NCBI GenBank assembly: GCA_030770535.1 | Contig: JASVEC010000024.1 | Location: 558,001-622,000, forward strand | Reading direction: 5' to 3' | Source: Batkoa obscura | Lineage: Eukaryota | Length of the DNA stretch: 64,000 nt | In this document: positions 40,624 to 54,072 of the stretch, in pieces | Layout of the letters: every line of letters begins with the position of its first letter | Position numbering within the stretch: position 1 is the stretch's first letter | The notes under the pieces: generated by a model | What the model was told of the DNA's origin: nothing | The model's database searches: none | Seen by the model: the letters and a program-made list of their open reading frames with translations, nothing else | Program-made: the position numbers and the translations under genes

Positions 40624-41165
40624 AACTGTTTTTTTATTTGTTGATTATCATGGATATTTCTTAATTTTCTGTCGATTAAAAAATAAACAAAATAAACAGC
40701 TAGAAAAAGATAGTAAAAATGAATTCATAATAAATTAGAATAGTTTAAATGTTTATTATAAAATAAATTTATGACCAAATTCTGGATTATAGTTTAAAAT
40801 TTCAAGCTAAATTCCAATTAAGTCTTTATTATAAAATCAATAATTTTCATAAATTATAAAAACAAATGCTTTTTTTTTCAATTTAAACTGAACTTAATAC
40901 AAAGGAGAAATTGAACTCGTCATAAACAAAAAAGGCAAAAAAGTTCTAATAAAATTCATTAATCCAATTAATTTCTCCGTTTAAAAAAGGAAAAGTTGGC
41001 ATTTTTTAATGAATAAATTTAAAAAGTATGAATAACAATGGAAAAATTCATTAATTGAAATTATAAAAAAATTCAATTAACTTTTTATTTTTTATTATTA
41101 TCTTAATTATTTAACTTTATAAAACTAATAAGTGATTCAATATAAATAATTAAATACAATTCAAT

Positions 41166-44100
41166 ATGTTTGGCTTTCTAAAAAAACCAAGTCCCTCATT
41201 AACCGTTCGAAAGATTTATCTAAATCATCAACTTTCCTCTTCAGAGCAAGCTTCTCTTCCATTTTACCCAACTAATTCCATTAGTACCACTAAATATAAG
41301 CCATATAATTTCATAATCAAAAATTTATATGAACAATTTCAACGTGCAGCTAATGTTTATTTTTTATTTCTCATTATACTTCAATTAATACCGAGTATTG
41401 GAAATGGATTAAAGAGTGCATTTATGGGTAGTTTTGCATTTACTACTATTTTAATAATGACCATGGTGAAAGATGGTTATGAAGATTATAATCGATATCT
41501 TTCAGATAAAGAAGAAAATAATAGAAAGACAAATAGAATTATTGGCTGGAGAAATGTTAATGTTAATGTTAATGATACTGTGAATAAAGGAAAAAAGAAA
41601 AATATTGGTTTTAATTTATTTCAAAAGAAAAATAAAGAAACTGAAGTACCATTAATGGAATATGAATATAGTGAGGATGAGGACAGTGTTCAACAAGAAA
41701 AAAGTAATCATATTAACAATGAAAGTAATTGGGATAGTGTATTATGGTCCCAAGTTCAAGTAGGTGATTTATTAATGGTTAAAAATGAAGATAGTATACC
41801 AGCTGATTTATTAATTTTAACTACTTCTGAAAAAGATGGCACTTGTTTTATTGAAACTAAAAATTTAGATGGAGAAACAAATTTAAAAGTAAGACATAGT
41901 TTAAAATCCACTATAAATTGGAATTTAATTACTCAATTAAAAAATCAAATATTAAAATTAAATATTGAATTACCTAATGTTAATTTATACTCCTTTAATG
42001 GTAATTTAGATGTTTTGAATAAAAATGAAGAGATTATAAAGTCGGAATCTATTAATAGTACTAATTTGTTATTACGTGGTTGTAAATTAAAAAATGTCAA
42101 TTATATTATTGGTTTAGTATTGTATACTGGTCATGATAGTAAAATTGTATTGAATAGTGGTAGTACACCTAGTAAAAAATCATATATTGAAAAAATGATG
42201 AATAAACAAGTAATCATCAATTTTGTTATATTAATATTATTATCTTTAAGTGTAAGTATTATTGGAGGAATTTATGTCAATCCAACAGACACATCACCTA
42301 ATTTATTTATATATCAATTTTCCGATTCTGTTACCAAAAGTGCGAGTATCACTGGGATCTTAGGCTTTTTTACAAGTTTGATATTATTTCAAAATATAGT
42401 ACCAATTTCATTATACTTGACAGTAGAAGTAGTAAAATCTATTCAAGCTTATTTTATACGTAGTGATATTGAAATGTATGATCCAAAATTAGATAAATTA
42501 TGTGAACCAAGAGCTTGGAATTTATCGGATGATTTGGGTCAAATTGAATATATATTTTCGGATAAAACAGGTACCTTAACTCAAAATATCATGCAATTTA
42601 AACAATGTACTATTAATGGAATACAATATGGACAGTCTTTACTATCTTCAACTACGAAAGAAAATAATCAATTTACTAATAATGAAAATGACTTAACACT
42701 TAATAACAATAGTGCTTCTGAGCAACCATTATTAAACAATAGTAATGGAGAAACTGGTGAAGAAGATAAATCGAGTTATGGCTCAGATCAATTTCAATTA
42801 GATTTAGATTTAGTTAGAATAATGGGTGAAGAAAGAGATCGATTTTGTAAAGATAAATATCGATCCGGTCCAATTACTTTTATTGATCCTCAATTTTATA
42901 ATGATTTAAGAAATAATTCATCACAGCATGAAAAGATTCATTTATTTTTTAAAATATTAGCTTTATGTCATACTGTTTTAGTGGAATTAGATAGTACTTC
43001 AAGTAATATTACTTATAAAGCAGAATCTCCAGATGATGCTGCCTTAGTTTCTGGAGCTACTAATTGTGGATTTACCTTTTTATCCCGTTTTCAAGATAAA
43101 GTGGAAGTAGCCTTATTAGGACAAATAGAAACATATCAATTGTTACATGTATTAGAATTTAATTCAACAAGAAAAAGAATGAGTATATTATTAAAAGATC
43201 AAAATAATCAAATCTTTTTATATTGTAAAGGGGCTGATTCCATTATTTTAGAACGATTGAAACAAGGGCAACAAGATACTATTCAACCCACATTAAATCA
43301 TTTAAAAGCATTTGCACAATTGGGATTGAGAACATTATGTATTGCTTATCGTCCTATAAGTAATGAAGAATTTGAACAATGGGATAAAAGATATAATGAA
43401 GCTAATTTAGCTATGGAAGAACGTGAAGAAAAAATCATGTCTCTACAAGAAGAAATGGAAAAGGAATTAATACTAGTAGGAGGTACTGCTATCGAAGATA
43501 AATTACAAGAAAATGTACCTGAATCCATTCAACTATTAAGAGAAGCAGGAATCAAATTGTGGGTCTTAACTGGGGATAAAACAGAAACAGCAATTAATAT
43601 TGGATTTTCTTGTAATTTATTAACACAGGAAATGCAATTGGTTTCTGTTACTGGAGATTCAGAAAATAGCGTTAAAGAGCAATTAGAATTAGCAATCGAT
43701 CAATTTACTTTTTTAAATCACCCAGATTTAGCATTAATTATTGATGGTACTTCATTAAAATTTGGACTATCTAATGAAGTCAAAGGATTATTATTAACCT
43801 TTGCAAAGCAATGTAAAGTAGTAATTTGTTGTCGGGTATCACCATTACAAAAAGCACAAGTAGTAACTTTAGTAAAAGAAGGATTAAATGCTATGTGTTT
43901 AGCCATTGGAGATGGAGCTAATGATGTATCAATGATTCAAGCAGCTCATATAGGTGTAGGTATTTCTGGATTAGAAGGATGTCAAGCAGTTATGGCTTCA
44001 GATTATGCTATTGGTCAATTTCAATATTTAACTCGATTATTATTAGTTCATGGTCGATGGTCTTATATAAGAATTTCACATATGATCCTATGTTTTTTTT

Positions 44101-45077
44101 ACAAGAATTTAGTAATGACATTAACTAATTTCTTTTTTCAGTGGTTTAATGGACCTTCACAAACCTTTTTATTTGATTATACATTAGTTTTATTTTATAA
44201 TTTAGTATTTACTGCCTTTCCTATAATGATATTAGGTGCTTTTGATCAAGATGTTAATGCTGAAGTAGCTATGGTAACCCCTCAATTATATTTTAGGGGT
44301 ATCAAACATATGGAATATTCACATAAAAGATTTTTTATGGTATTATTAGATGCTACTTTTCAATCGATTATTTGTTTCTTTGTACCTTATGCTATGTTTG
44401 CTTTTTCTACTTTTGATCCTTCTGGTTTAAGTAATAATTCATTAGATGGTTTTGGTACTACTGTTTCTGCTTGTGTAGTTGTTACTGTCAATATTTATGT
44501 GGGTTTATGGACATTTAATTGGTCTTTCTTAATGTATTTAGTTATCATTGGTAGTATTGTTATCTACTTTGTTATAGTGTTAGTATTATCTCATATTATC
44601 AAAGGAATGCATTCAGTAGATTCTATGTTATTTGCAAGTATTGAATTTTGGTTAGTATTAATCTTATGTTTATTTTGTTGTTTATTACCTCGATATTTAG
44701 CAAGATATTTGAGAAGTATATTTTCACCTAAAGATATTGAGGTTATTCGAGAACAAGTTTATTTATTTTACAATTATTTAAAAAGAAAAAAGAAACAATT
44801 ACGTAAAAAGAAGAGACAAATGGAACAACTCAACCAATCTAAATCTCAAGCTACAGCTAATGGAAATTCAATATCAATTGGTAGATTATTTTCTTTAAAA
44901 AATAATCAATATACTAGTTATACTGGTTATGCTTTTTCTATGGATGATGAATCTGTATTATCTCAAAGATTAAAAGATACGATGTTAAAAAGACATCTCA
45001 AAACTGATCAAGATTTAAATGATATATTACAATCTACTAAAAAAGAAGAGGACGATACTTTTGATTCAAATATTTAA
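41166..45077 (+). CDS. P4-ATPase phospholipid flippase (Dnf1/Dnf2-like), single exon
   Basis: LDGETNLK, IVPISL, SDKTGTLT, FNSTRKRMS, KGAD, LTGDK, GDGANDVSMIQ and multiple TM segments in a 1303-aa ORF. Confidence 0.97.
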   Translation: MFGFLKKPSPSLTVRKIYLNHQLSSSEQASLPFYPTNSISTTKYKPYNFIIKNLYEQFQRAANVYFLFLIILQLIPSIGNGLKSAFMGSFAFTTILIMTMVKDGYEDYNRYLSDKEENNRKTNRIIGWRNVNVNVNDTVNKGKKKNIGFNLFQKKNKETEVPLMEYEYSEDEDSVQQEKSNHINNESNWDSVLWSQVQVGDLLMVKNEDSIPADLLILTTSEKDGTCFIETKNLDGETNLKVRHSLKSTINWNLITQLKNQILKLNIELPNVNLYSFNGNLDVLNKNEEIIKSESINSTNLLLRGCKLKNVNYIIGLVLYTGHDSKIVLNSGSTPSKKSYIEKMMNKQVIINFVILILLSLSVSIIGGIYVNPTDTSPNLFIYQFSDSVTKSASITGILGFFTSLILFQNIVPISLYLTVEVVKSIQAYFIRSDIEMYDPKLDKLCEPRAWNLSDDLGQIEYIFSDKTGTLTQNIMQFKQCTINGIQYGQSLLSSTTKENNQFTNNENDLTLNNNSASEQPLLNNSNGETGEEDKSSYGSDQFQLDLDLVRIMGEERDRFCKDKYRSGPITFIDPQFYNDLRNNSSQHEKIHLFFKILALCHTVLVELDSTSSNITYKAESPDDAALVSGATNCGFTFLSRFQDKVEVALLGQIETYQLLHVLEFNSTRKRMSILLKDQNNQIFLYCKGADSIILERLKQGQQDTIQPTLNHLKAFAQLGLRTLCIAYRPISNEEFEQWDKRYNEANLAMEEREEKIMSLQEEMEKELILVGGTAIEDKLQENVPESIQLLREAGIKLWVLTGDKTETAINIGFSCNLLTQEMQLVSVTGDSENSVKEQLELAIDQFTFLNHPDLALIIDGTSLKFGLSNEVKGLLLTFAKQCKVVICCRVSPLQKAQVVTLVKEGLNAMCLAIGDGANDVSMIQAAHIGVGISGLEGCQAVMASDYAIGQFQYLTRLLLVHGRWSYIRISHMILCFFYKNLVMTLTNFFFQWFNGPSQTFLFDYTLVLFYNLVFTAFPIMILGAFDQDVNAEVAMVTPQLYFRGIKHMEYSHKRFFMVLLDATFQSIICFFVPYAMFAFSTFDPSGLSNNSLDGFGTTVSACVVVTVNIYVGLWTFNWSFLMYLVIIGSIVIYFVIVLVLSHIIKGMHSVDSMLFASIEFWLVLILCLFCCLLPRYLARYLRSIFSPKDIEVIREQVYLFYNYLKRKKKQLRKKKRQMEQLNQSKSQATANGNSISIGRLFSLKNNQYTSYTGYAFSMDDESVLSQRLKDTMLKRHLKTDQDLNDILQSTKKEEDDTFDSNI

Positions 45078-45200
45078 TTATTATCCTCAACTATTTTAGA
45101 TAAATAAAATAAATAATTATAATATTTTAAAATAAAAATTAAACAAACAATTATTTATATTCTATTCTATAGTTTAATACATTCTTTTATTTTTTTATTA

Positions 45201-48196
45201 TTATTCAATATTAAATTCGCCTGGCATTTTAAAATTCATTTTAGAATTTTCTTCATTTTGATTAACTTGTTCATTTAACATACTTTCATCAATAAGTTGA
45301 TAGGTTGGTACAAAATTCCAAAAGGTATTTTTAGTATCTTCCTTATCCTTAGCAATTGTATATCTTTTCTTTATCTCCTCATTTTCAGTAGGAATCTAAA
45401 TTTAGTATTAAAAAAATACAAACTTATAAAAATAAACAATCACTTACTAAAAACAACTTTTCAATTAAATTTAAACAATTATTAAATTTTAATATTAAGT
45501 TAGAATATTGTTGACTTAACTCACCTTGATTTTGAATTAGTTCATTAATCATATCAATTAACTTTAAATGAAATTCATAACCAAACAGTTGGATTTTACC
45601 ACTATTACTTTGATTTAATTGGATATTATACCATTCAAGTCGTACAATTATAAAATTTATTGTATAATTTAATTCTTCCATCTAGTTAAAATAAATATTA
45701 TTAATATTATTAATATTATTATTATTATTATTAAATCCACCTTATTTTGTAGAGAAAACAATTGCATATAATTAAAACCTAACTTATTAAATTGTACCAT
45801 TTGATTTTTTAAAAATCTTAAATATAGTTGATATTCTTCGTTATCTTTAATAATTGTTGCTTCTTTGGGCAATTGAAATATACTTTGTTCTTGTCGAATT
45901 TGTAATTGATGTTCATTTTTAATTATCAATTCCACTAAATTGAAATTTATTAACATAAACTATAATTACTAACTTTGAAATATTAACTTACCATTTTTGA
46001 TAATTTGTAATAATTTGTTATCATTGTAAAAATTTAACATTTTTTCAAAATAATTACAATAATTATATACTCTATTAGCATCTATTAAAATATATTATTA
46101 TTATTATAGGATTGCTTTGTTATAAAGTTTACTTGGTTGAATTTTCATTTTATCTAATTCATTAATACCACGTTGAACAAAAATCAAAAATAATTGAATA
46201 TATAAATTAAAATTATCAATTATGAATGTTTCCCTATAATTATTAATATATAAATATATTAAACTTCATAAATAAAATTAAACTTACCACTTCTCTACAT
46301 TAGGACTATTTAAATTACTATGCCATGGAAATAAATATTCCAATATAATATCTACTAACTAATAAAAGTAATTATAAATGAAATTAAAAATTATATTCTA
46401 ATTACCAAATAAAATGAATCATCTAACTCCCAATTAGATAAACCATCGATATATAGTTGAAAATTAATTGGTTGTAAATCCGAATACAGTTTTCTAATAT
46501 AATTAATAATTAATAATTAATAATTAATAATTTATTTAAATTGTATTATCATATTGTTATTTAAATAAGAATAATGTTATTACCTCCAATATTCATTATA
46601 AAATAATTGAATATCATTCCAATCAATTGATACGTCAATAAATACATTAGATATACTTAAATTTAATTGATTTTGTACCATTTGAATTACTTTAATTAAT
46701 AAAATGGAAGGATTTGATTTTTCTATTTCACCCTAAAATAAAATAAAAATTGTTAAATTATTTGTTTCTATTATAATAAATAACTTACGCTAAAATCCCT
46801 ATTTTCCATAGTGATTTCACTCAAATCAATCAAATATAATTGTTTATAAAGATTAATAAATAAAATAGATATTGGTGACTTTAACTTATTATTGTTTTGA
46901 TTTATGTTACTATTGTTATTTATCATCTCTTTTAATAATTGAATATTAAAATATTTATTTAAATAATATTGATCATTTAATTTATCTATATCATTAACTA
47001 TAATTTCCATTAAATAACTTTTGAATATTCGAAAATATAAAGCTCCATTCGTTGTATTTACATTATTATCTCTAGTCTATTGAAATAATATTAGTATTAT
47101 TATATTATTATAAATCATTATTATTATTACTCTATTAAATTGACAATAACACCAAGTTATTAATTTATAAATTAAATATTCATAGCCATCTTTAAAATTA
47201 ATGTTAATTAATATTAAAGGAATCACATAATACAATTAAAACTTACTAAATATCACTGACTTTAACTTAGAATTATAGTAAGGCATTAAAAATGAAATCA
47301 CGTTTGGAATATCTGTTATTGTATTTTTGGGGTAAAGCGAAGACTAAAATAATGATAATAAAATAAATAACAATTAAATTTATAAAAATAAAATAAAATA
47401 ATTATAAACTTACTAGTAATTCATTTTCTAAAATATCAAATTGAAAATTTCCGTTTAATTGAATTTTATCTAACCACTGATATAATATTCCATTTTTTAC
47501 CATTAATTTTTCCATTTGTATTTGAATTTCGTTTATTCGATTGATTTCATTATCATTTAATAAATTCATTAAAAAACTATTATAATATCCGAGCCAACCA
47601 CTAAATACAAATTAATAATTAACTTAAACTACTTCGATAGCTAACAAGAATTTAACTTACCAAAACATATCATTACCAAATAAGTCCTCTATAATTAATT
47701 GTAAAAATAAAGTAATCGTCTGAATACTATTGAATTCTGTTTTATCATTAAATTGTATTAATTTAGTCTCTAATAATTCATTTAATTTTATTATTGTTTC
47801 GATATATTCTTGTTCAAAATTAACACTTGTGTTACTAGTTAATTTTTGATGTTGACAACATATTTTATTGTTTTTGCAACTTGGATTCATACATACTCCA
47901 ACTTTTAATTTCAATGATAAAAAATTAACAATAATTTGGTATGTTAAGCTATCAAACAATTTAATATCTAATTGATGGAATTTATTATTGATGTAATTTT
48001 CTAAATGAATTTCAAATAATTTCTCTTGATTCATCTCTTTGACTTCTATCTTATTTTCTTTGTTTTCTACTTTATAATTAGATTGGTAAAAATCTTGAAG
48101 TTGATATTCTATATCTTTCTGTTTTATAGATTCATAAATTGCTTTAACTTCATTGAAATCATCTCCTTTTTTTTTGGTTTGATATTGTAAGTCCAT
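45201..48196 (-). CDS. SMPD4 (neutral sphingomyelinase-3/NET13)-like protein, multi-exon
   Basis: Spliced peptides LIIEDLFG..GW, LSNWELDDSFYL/DIILEYLFPW and FIIDNFNLYIQLFLIFVQR resemble SMPD4 blocks as I recall them (HWPLDASF..WLSYLQPW, FVQENLLMYTKLF). Confidence 0.6.
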
Positions 48197-48442
48197 GATT
48201 AATAGTTATAACACAAAGATGAATTAGATCAAAATAAATATCATCAATTTTTATTTGTGATTGAAAAATCAATCCCTTTAAATTCAATAATTGGTTGAAT
48301 TTAAAAAAAGCATGAAAAGAAAGAAAAAAGAGAAAAAAGCATTATTCATTACTAAAGTCAAATAAATAAAAGTAATCAAATAGACATAAAAAAACATTAA
48401 TGGAAACTCTATATGATTTTATTTAAAACTCATTCAGCTCTA

Positions 48443-50933
48443 TCATTTCCCTCCTCTTAAAATATTAGCTCGACTTTGTTTTCCTAATGAAATACCACCT
48501 CTTAGCTTCTTGGGATTATAAATGAGATATGGTGGATGAATTGAATCTCCTTGATTTAAATAATTAAATCCGTAAACCTTCATCCATAAGTTATTTTCAA
48601 TATAATGCTCAATTGGCAATTTAATATTTCCAATAGCAATCGTTGTTATTTGTTTTACTTCTTCTATATTTAAGCTTGTTATTAATTGAAATTCATTATT
48701 TACTTTGTTTATATTTTTTATCAATCCTACCCCTAAACAATTATAGTATTCAGGAGGTGGATAACTTAAAACATTATGTGGTATTAATTTAGGAATGTTA
48801 TTATTATTACTATCATTAACCTTATACTCTTCATTAATTTTATATAAACCAACAATAGATAAATTTAACGCAAATAATAATTGAGATAAAGACAATTCGC
48901 CATTTAAACAATAATATTCATATTGATTAATATTACATAAATATGGTACTTTTTCCATCAATTTAATATTATTATTCAATAAATAGCAAGTTAAATTGAA
49001 GTTTCTATAATGCTCAGGTGTATATTTTGTATAATATTTAATAACCTCATTCTCTTCTTTTTTTAATTTATAGTACTTTTTGTATTGATTGTATTTAGTT
49101 ATCAATTTTGTATTATTATTATTATTGTCCATTTCAATTATAAAATTAGGTTGAATTAAATTAATTACTGATAATAAGGACTCATATCCTAATCCTTTAA
49201 TCCATCCATTTGTATTTATTATTAATGGTAATTGGTTATTATTGTTTTCTTTATATTGCTGATATTTTATAAATAATTGTTTGACTATTTCTAGATAATG
49301 TTCTGGGCTATTTTTGATATGTGTATCTCCCAAAAAATAACTATTTTCACTCTTTCTTAATTGAGTAAATGGAGCACCTGTTTATTGCTAGTTATTTTCT
49401 ATTTTATTGTATATTACTAATATTACCTAATACTGGCTTCGATATTAAATGTAGCGATAATAAACCAGGTGGTGTAAAATCAGATTGTCCAGGATCCGTG
49501 TTAATTAATGCAATTTCATTTAATCTATTAATTACATGCTATTATTATATTATTCTTAATATAGTAAATAAACTTACTTATTTAAAAACTTGTTAGTCAA
49601 ATATTTTGAAAATGTAGATTTACCGCTATCTTTATCACCACATATTAAAATAACTGGTATTTCATTATCTTGATTATTATTATCAAATTCTTCCGCTATT
49701 TCATTTGCAGCTGATTCCCATTCATTTAAAATAATCAAATCAATTAATCCAGATTGAGGTTTGATTATCTAATATCAGAAGATAAACATACATGTATAAA
49801 TCAATAAAAAAATGACACCTACCGGAATAAAAGTATTCCATAACACATTAATATTATATTTATCCTTCTCATTATTATTATCTATATCCTCACTATTCTC
49901 ATTAACATAATTAAACTCTTCTTTTAGTTTAAATACAAATTTAAAATTATTATCTAGATCTACAAACTTCATACATTCGTTATCCAATTCATTAACAAAT
50001 ATTATTGTATCAAATGTACTTGAATATTCCAAATCACACTTAGTTCTTATCATTTCACTTTCTTCATTTGTGTAGTAGTTTTCTTTTTTAATTTCTTCTT
50101 GTTGAGTTGAATTATGATTAACAACATTACTTATTCTATTTTTAAAAAATACTAATTCTTCTTTTTCTTGTACTTTAACTACATCCTTATCATCTTCTTT
50201 ATCTCTAATCTCACTTTCAACAGCCGTAATCGAATATAATGCTTGACTTTTCGAATTATAACATTCAATAAAACTAATTAAATCATCTCTATTTTTACTT
50301 TGTTTTTGAATATAGCCATTAATATTAATACTTCCTTTAATAACACTTAATTTGATACCACCAATAAACACAAGTTTCTAAATTAATATTTGAATTATTG
50401 AATAGGAAAAAAAAAGAATTGATAAAGATTGATTTACCTCATCATTAAATAAACCTATTGCCAGAGAGTTATCGAATTTAAATACTCGAGTTTCATCCCA
50501 TGGGAAAGTACATTGGCAACTTTCGGCTACTCTTTTTAAAAAAAAGACAATATAAATCTATTTTAGTAATTTTTAATTATAAAACTTACTTCTCCTCTTT
50601 CCTTTTTCTTTTATTACTTTTATCTTTAGTCGCTTCCATTTCCTTCTCCTCTATTTCCTCCATCGCCTCTTCACCTTCTATTTCTTTTATCTCTTCTTCT
50701 TCAATTCTATCCATTTCTTCCATCTTTTCTATTTCTTCTTCTATATCCTCTCTATCACTTAAATCTTCTCTTTCATCAATATCTAGATCCTCTTCTATTT
50801 CTTCCTTTTTTGATCCTTTACTTGAAGATTTTGATGAGTTTTTATTCTTTTTTATGGTGATCGTGTCTTCATAATTTAAAGTTGTTTTGGATTCTGAGGT
50901 ATTTATTAAGTCAAAGGGGTTACTTGGGTTCAT
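48443..50933 (-). CDS. GRC3: Polynucleotide 5'-kinase Grc3/NOL9
   Basis: ILICGDKDSGKSTFSKYLTN (P-loop), DPGQSDFTPPG, PLIINTNGWIKGLG, CLGVGLIK, acidic N-terminus. Confidence 0.9.
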
Positions 50934-51129
50934 CTCTTTTTTTAATGGAAAAATGAGTGAAGTGAATTTTGAATAAATTTTGAAAGTTTTTTTTAAAATT
51001 CGAGCTTTCTCTTAAAAAGAATGGGAATTGAATTATTTGAAAGTTGAATTCTGAGATATATTTAGAAAGAATGTATAAATATAAGTTTAGCATTCAAAGA
51101 TATAAGTAAACAAAAAAATAGTTTTATTT

Positions 51130-51507
51130 TCAATTTGAATTCTTAGGGTTGGTTGGTGGTTCTGGATTTTTATTTGAACCTTTTGAATAAAATATACCAT
51201 TCTTTAGTCGCTCTTCAATACGTACTTTGGTCTAAATAAATAAAATAAATACAACATAAAATACAAAGATAATAATCAAATTGATAATTTATGGTGTTTG
51301 GTCAATATATATCAATTAAATAATCATAAATCTTACCCAATATTTTTTACAATCTCTGTATTCTTGAAACAAATCATTACATTTACTTTTGTTTAAATAA
51401 TTTTCTTGTAAACATTTCAAACTTCTTTTGGATTCAAACTCACACGGTTCATAATACTCAGAGGCACTCTTTAATTCCATTTTATCTTTCTTTTCTTGCG
51501 ATGTCAT
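51130..51507 (-). CDS. COX23: Twin CX9C mitochondrial protein Cox23
   Basis: SEYYEPC-x9-C...C-x9-CKKYW, with second exon TKVRIEER...N*. Confidence 0.85.
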
Positions 51508-51676
51508 TGTATTATTTTTGAATTTTATGAAAAAAGCTGTAAGTTGGAGTTAGATTTTTTTTGAATTATTTTGATAATTTTCTCAATCAAAAAGACCTCT
51601 GAAAAAAATCACTTTATCAACCTTAAAAATCAAAAAATCAAAAAATCAAAAAAACCAAGCTCAAAAACTATTATTT

Positions 51677-51775
51677 GGGAGTGTTTTTTTTGACTTCATT
51701 ATTTTTTCCATTTTTTAAGCGCTATTTAAGCGGAAAATTTGTCAGTAAAATTCTTAAACACAAAAATACATCCCC
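51677..51775 (+). mobile_element. 99-bp MITE, ATTT TSD, upstream of COX23
   Basis: ATTT|GGGAGTG...CATCCCC|ATTT. Confidence 0.93.
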
Positions 51776-52367
51776 ATTTGTTAATACTATTTATTAATAC
51801 CCTTTACCCCAGTCTTAAAAAAACTAATATTACAATTATTAAATTTATAACAAACATTTTAAATTTGTTTTAGAGTTTGTCAATAGAAGTTATACCTTAT
51901 GTAAATAATTAATACTTTCTAAAAATTGTAACTCAGTACTTCACTAAATAAAGCTATACAAGAGCTATATGGTTATTTTATTGCAAAAATAATGTATCAT
52001 TTGGGATAGGGCATCTATTGATGGATTATATCCAAAAAGTAAGCAATTTGGTTAGTAACCCTGAGGCCTTGACATGGAAAGCTTTATAAAAACTGAACAT
52101 TCTTAGCTATCTACATTCTTTTCAACTTCAAATCGTCCCATTATAGGACACTTTTCAAAAATTATATTTAATTCACTCCCCCCTACCTCTTTTCCTACTC
52201 TTTTCTCTTTCAATTTTTAAATTTTTAAAAGTGGAAATCAACTGGGTTCTATTTGGACTTTAGAATTTAAAGAATTAACAAAAATAAAAACACAATACTT
52301 TATAGATACATAAATTTATTTATTAATGAGCATTTATAAATAGCTAAACTTCATCTTGTTGTCAGTT

Positions 52368-54072
52368 TTACTCTACAATTTTAGATAAAGTAGCTACTCT
52401 TTCCCATTTTCTACAACGCATTTGGTATTTTTTCAATCCAAATGTATAATTGACATACTCCTTATCTGAATGAAATCCATACTTCATATCCCCATATTTC
52501 CAACCTTCTGAATCTCTTAACTCTTTTGATTCATTATCTAAAATTAGTGTTATTAGTATCTGGTGACCACAATGATATATGTTGTATAATTTATCTTCTG
52601 TTTTCATTGTATATAATTACTTACCAACAAAACTCCATTCAGTATTCCATTTCCAAATATATTCATTTGTAATTTTTTGATTCTCTTTAATCTCATATGT
52701 AATTGTTGGCAAAGGTAATTCAATTAAATTTTTGGGCTGACTTGGTTCATTTCGATTATTTACCCTAATAGAATATTATAAATATAAATATTATATTATA
52801 TCTTACTATTATATTATAAATTTACCAATTAGGAGGATCATTAGGTAACATTTGAGGTAAATAACCAAATTTACCATGATATCTTTGATACTCAAACAAT
52901 ATAAATTTAATCTTTAGTAAAGAAATATTTTTATCTTCCATAGAGTCATCGTCATTGATATCTTGATTATAATCTGGCATCATAAATTCACTTGGTTTAG
53001 GTGTAAGAGATTCACTTGATGTACTACTGCATGTGGATGAATATACTCTTTCCAATTCTTTCCTTTCTACAGTTTGATTGATTTCTCCTTCTTTATTATT
53101 ATCGATGTTGTATTCGTAATCGTAAGATTGACTTTGTTTAGATAACGGTAAGGAGTATAGGGATTGTAATGAACTTTCATTATCTTTGTGTGTAACAGTT
53201 GTACTAGTATTGAGTGGCAATGGGTTTGAGTTTGATTTATTCATATCTAAAAATTTATGACTCAACTTATGTTTTGGTGTTACTGGAATTGACATTGATG
53301 TATTATAATTTAATTGCTTATTGTTATATCTATCTCCATGACTGTAACTAATGTTATTAGTATTGAATAATACCAATTCTTCATCTTTAATATTTAAATA
53401 AAACAATTTCAATTTATCAACCTTATCATAAAGTGTATTGATAATCGTATTAACAAAGGTATGGTTTAAAATAGTAATTAAAATAAGTTTTCTTATTTTT
53501 TTATAATCTTCGATAGTTTCAAATAAGATTAAATTACCAGCAATCAATAATAAGTAATTCAATGGGATTATATCAACTGTAAATTTCCATATTGGAAAGC
53601 CCATTATAGCCGCCATACTTATCTCTTTATTTCTTTGAATCATGATTAACTTATATTCTTGTACATTATGAATCATTTTTTTTCCTTCTTGAAATAAAAT
53701 TTGTATTCCCTCAATCTTCTTTTCAATTCCTGCTTCTTCTTTTGAATTTTCTATTGACATTAACATTAGTATCTTATTATATTGTTACACTATATTGTTC
53801 TTACCTAGATGAATACTTAATTTTGAATCAATTGACAATGCCCAAGTAAACACAATAAATAAAATAGGACTATAAACTAATAACTGATGATAATAAATAC
53901 AAATAAGACCCCAAAGTAAAGAGAGTAATAATTTGTATTTTGTTTGATAAATAACATTTTTAACTTTTGGTATAACACTTAAACTTTGATTAGCAATCGA
54001 AATCGAATTAAATGTTAATTTATAAAGATTATAAATATCTTTCAAATTGTCTTTATAAGATAGTTGCTCCAT
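52368..54072 (-). CDS. Pex23/24/30-family peroxin with dysferlin (DysF) domain
   Basis: N-terminal hydrophobic segments, then FEYQR, LPNDPPNW, WKWNTEW, EGWKYGD and RCRKWER. Confidence 0.75.

Noticed and set aside
50500..50874. Ser-rich plus-strand ORF, and similar ORFs at 58693, 10495, 33413 and 900
   Set aside because: These are antisense frames of real genes.
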